In this document: positions 60,607-64,000 of the stretch, one piece after another
How the letters are laid out: every line of letters begins with the position of its first letter
Numbering within the stretch: the first letter of the stretch is position 1
From: Botryllus schlosseri
Taxonomy: Eukaryota
Direction of reading: 5' to 3'
Assembly: GCA_051294905.1 (NCBI GenBank)
Contig: CM119371.1
Coordinates: forward strand, 28,646,001 to 28,710,000
DNA: 64,000 nt
Made by a program: the position numbers and the translations under genes
Notes under the pieces: model-generated
Database searches by the model: none
The model's input: only the letters and a program-made list of their open reading frames with translations
What the model was told of the DNA's origin: nothing

Positions 60607-61152
60607 TTATAGTCGCCAAGTGCATTATGTGAGTTCGAAAGAAGCCACCTTCGATTATCTGCTAAAATTATGCGAACTCTCGATCAGATCTACCATTTCA
60701 AACTGCATACTCGAGTCGCCTACTTCTCCGGACTTCGCGTTCTCCTTCCATTTAAAATAGCTTTTACATGTTTTTGAAGTCAATACTTCTATTTCTAACT
60801 GCGTAGAAATTTATTGACATGGTAATTCTATCTCCAATATCCACGTGAGTTCATTGGGAATTAAGCAAGCAATTGTTGTCATGCTGTTGCGTTTCGACTG
60901 AACAATATGATGACACTTTTTCTGAGCTGAAGCCTCGTCTGAACGGCTTCCACCATATGCCAAAACTAAGCGAGGTGTCTCGAAAATGCTGAAGTAATCA
61001 AGATTAGGTCGAAGCGCAGCATGCTTTTGGAATAAATCAGAGGCGGCTAGTTGAAATTGGTCGATGCAGCATCGTGGCTAACATAAAATGAGCAATGACA
61101 ACGCAAATAGGTGCACGCTTCGAAAAAATAATGAGTTCCCAACTGAGTTTGT

Positions 61153-61699
61153 CAGGGTTGTAATAACTCGAGTCACGATTTTCTGATGACTCGACTTGAC
61201 TCGAGTCATTTTCTCAAAATACGGAAATGACTCGACTCGACTCGAGTCAATCTGTGTATTGACTCGACTTGGACTCGAGTCATTGCGCATGACTCGAACC
61301 AAGTCATATGACTCGAGACTCAGACGGCCAAGACCGACATTGCATTGTAATTTCGAAGAATAGTAAAGTAACCACCTTATTGGGATTACGTTGATTGGCA
61401 CCGGTACTTGAAAATGTGACCAGAAACTGCTAAAAGTGAGAAAATTACTATATCATAAATGCTAACCATTCGATATCACCAATCAGAGTGGGTTTAACAA
61501 GACTTTAACTGCAAATTGAGCAATGAGCAGTCAACACATTGACTTGGACTCGAGTCATAATACCATGACTCGGACTCGACCCTCTTCTCGATGACTTGGA
61601 CTCGTGGTGAATTGAAAATGACTCGACTTGACTCGAGTCAAAACTATAAAAGTGAGATTGACTTGTGACTCGGAGCCTTGTGACTTGGTTACAACCCTG
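61153..61699. mobile_element. MITE (CAGGGTTGTAA ends, GACTCGAGTC-rich)
   Basis: TSD GAGTTTGT at 61145-61152 and 61700-61707; inverted partial relative at ~61925-62070. Confidence 0.92.
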
Positions 61700-62102
61700 G
61701 AGTTTGTAATGACAAATTAACTTGCAAAAGTGATGCAAAGTTATAAAAAGTATTCCCTAACACTGTTAAGCAGAAGAAGTTTGAAGAGCTTCCTGGAGGT
61801 ACAGAACTATCGATTAGTATATTCAAAATTAATATTGAAATGAACCTGAATATTTTCGGCTGACAGTAGTCACAGAAATCGTCAGTAAATAGAAGAGAAT
61901 GGGAAAGAACATTATATACATATCACTCACTTTTATAGTTTTGACTCGAGTCATTTTCAATTCACCACCGAGTCAAGTCAGCGAGCAGAGAGTCGAGACC
62001 GAGTCATAGTATTGTGACTCTAGTCCGAGTCATTGTGTTGACTGCTCAGGTTCCAGTTAAAGTCTTGTTCAACTCACTTTTTATAATTTTGTTTGGTGAT
62101 AC

Positions 62103-62491
62103 TAGGGTTACCATATTTTGGAAATCTGAAAACAGGACACTTTTACGAAATTTTCAGACTTGCAAAACCCGAGGAGAATTCCCAAAAATTGGTAAATTTT
62201 CCCTCTTATGTAGTCGGTTGACTGAAAGGTCAACTTTCTCGCCCAGCGCCCGAAATACAGTTTTTTACTTCACATTGTCAGGTGGTTGACTAAGAAAAAT
62301 CGTCAACCTTCCACTAAGTTCCCGACATACCCATCGGAGCGTCACCTGGGTGCTGATTTACGGCACCTCAGTCGAACTTTGCTATGAATATGACCAAAAT
62401 TACCTAAAAAGAGGACAAAGGGGTGTCCTCCGAGGACACTTTCAGAAAAGATGACAAATCCTCCTAAAAGAGGACGTATATGGTAACACTA
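62103..62491. mobile_element. MITE (TAGGGTTACCATA family)
   Basis: TAGGGTTACCATA / TATGGTAACACTA; TSD GGTGATAC/GGTGATAT. Confidence 0.88.
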
Positions 62492-62513
62492 GGTGATATC
62501 GAATGGTTCACAT

Positions 62514-63469
62514 CAGATGAGTTGGATCAATTACAATAATTCAGTTGAATTACAATTACTCACTTGCATGTTTGTTTCAATTACATTACAATTACTCAAT
62601 GCTAAAAATATCAAATTACAATTACAATTAAACATGTATTTAATTACAATTACAATACCAATTATAATTACTGTTAAACATGTAATTGATTCGGCAGAGA
62701 GGTGTTCTTAGACAACCGTAACGACGTAATTAGCAACAATCTCAAGCTATTCATGTTTCATACAAACACAGAAAAATGTTTCAAGCTACTAACAACCAAA
62801 AGTTTGAGCGACTAACAGCGTATAGGCTACATGACAGTCAATGAAATGTAATCAAACGATTATAGGCTACTCAGAGCTGAGTGAGGATAATGAAATGTAA
62901 TTGGTAAGACGTCAGCGATAAGGATGATACCGATAAGATGTGTAAAATTAAAATAAATGCAAAAAGAAAGAACCTCCTCTTAACTACGAATTAGGCTACA
63001 ACATTTTGGTTCGCATTTACATTTTCACTTGCTTGGATGAACATTAGGGTGCGAAAATTTCTGGCCCAAGTAAATTTGATCAAGATTGGAGGTAAGATTG
63101 GGATAACATCTCGACAAATGCGTGATCAAGTTTGATGAAGCCTTGGTTGGAAACTTGAATTTCTTTTTGCAATTGTTGCAGCAAGCCTCGGTACTGGTCA
63201 AAGATTTAAAAATAAAACTCTGACCGTGGTGTAGGAAATGGTTCAGCACAGGATTTAGAAGAGTTTGGCTGTTTATCCATTTTTGAAATATTAGGATTTA
63301 GTTTAGCCCACTAGTTCTCTAACTTTTTTAGACACGCACCCCTTTATGACAGTGAAATATTTCAAATTTTCATCAAATTACAATTACACAAAATAGAAAT
63401 GCTTCAATTACAATTACATGAAAAATGCGATTTATTACATTCAGCTCAATTACAAATGATCCAACTCTG
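62514..63469 (-). mobile_element. Deleted hAT (Ac-like) element with BED-finger remnant and AATTAC subterminal repeats
   Basis: GAGTTGGATCA / TGATCCAACTCTG; TSD GTTCACAT at 62506-62513 and 63470-63477; ORF 63025..63249- has CNNCKK...SSNLITHL. Confidence 0.85.
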
Positions 63470-63483
63470 GTTCACATGTATAT

Positions 63484-63945
63484 TAGGGTTACCATACGTC
63501 TTTTAAGAGGATTTGTCCTCTTTTTTGAAAGTGTCCTCGAAGGACGCCCTTTTGTCCTCTTTTTTGAAAATTTAGGTCAGATTTAGAGCAAATTGCGAGT
63601 GATATGTCGTAAATTAGCAAAGAAGTGACGCTCCGGCGGGTATTTCGGAGTGAAAAACGGTGATTTTAGCTCTGAGCGAAAAGTTGACCTCATTTTTTTA
63701 GTCATCCACCTAGCAATACGGAGAGAAAAACGGTATTTTGAGCTCTGAGCGAAAAGTTGACCTTTTTTTTTAGTCATCCATCTAGCAATACGGAGAGAAA
63801 AACGGTATTTTGAGCTATGAGCGAAAAGTTGACCTTTTTTTAGTCATCCACCTAGCAATACGGAGAGAAAAACGGTATTTTGAGCTCTGAGCGGAATTTC
63901 TGAAAAAGTGTCCTCTTTTTAGATTTCCAAAATATGGTAAGCCTG
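63484..63945. mobile_element. MITE (TAGGGTTACCATA family) with expanded internal ~70-bp tandem repeat
   Basis: Flanks ATGTATAT/ATATATAT; unit GAAAAACGG..TTTT.AGCT.TGAGCG repeated ~4x at 63650-63893. Confidence 0.85.
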
Positions 63946-64000
63946 ATATATATCATACTTATATTCCTCACTTTTAGCAGCTCCTGGTCTCATTTCCCAG

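Overview
Eukaryotic, AT-rich, invertebrate-like genomic DNA made almost entirely of nested transposable elements plus a tandem segmental duplication. Nothing prokaryotic is present (no operons, rRNA, tRNA or CRISPR). Layout: (1) 1-8.2 kb: two oppositely oriented arrays of a 210-bp repeat enclose a Ulp1-like protease + PHD finger gene that is split by a hAT-type insertion. (2) 8.5-11.8 kb: an unclassified element with 151-bp CAC... terminal inverted repeats (TIRs) carries a spliced, frameshifted C2H2-containing gene. (3) ~16.8-30.5 kb and ~45.2-56.2 kb: two paralogous blocks each end in a long C2H2 zinc-finger array gene (18 fingers, truncated; 26 fingers, open). Two different Sola2-like transposons sit 1 bp apart at the paralogous site, and one MITE appears to have excised and reinserted nearby. 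(4) 32.9-43.5 kb: a decayed CR1/L2-like LINE holds a five-layer nest whose innermost element is an intact Gypsy-type LTR retrotransposon with apparently identical LTRs. Its primer-binding site is not tRNA-like; it is complementary to the likely 5' end of its own transcript, a Tf1-like self-priming candidate. (5) 56-64 kb: dense hAT-type non-autonomous elements. All comparisons were made by eye and family assignments come from motif recognition, not database searches.
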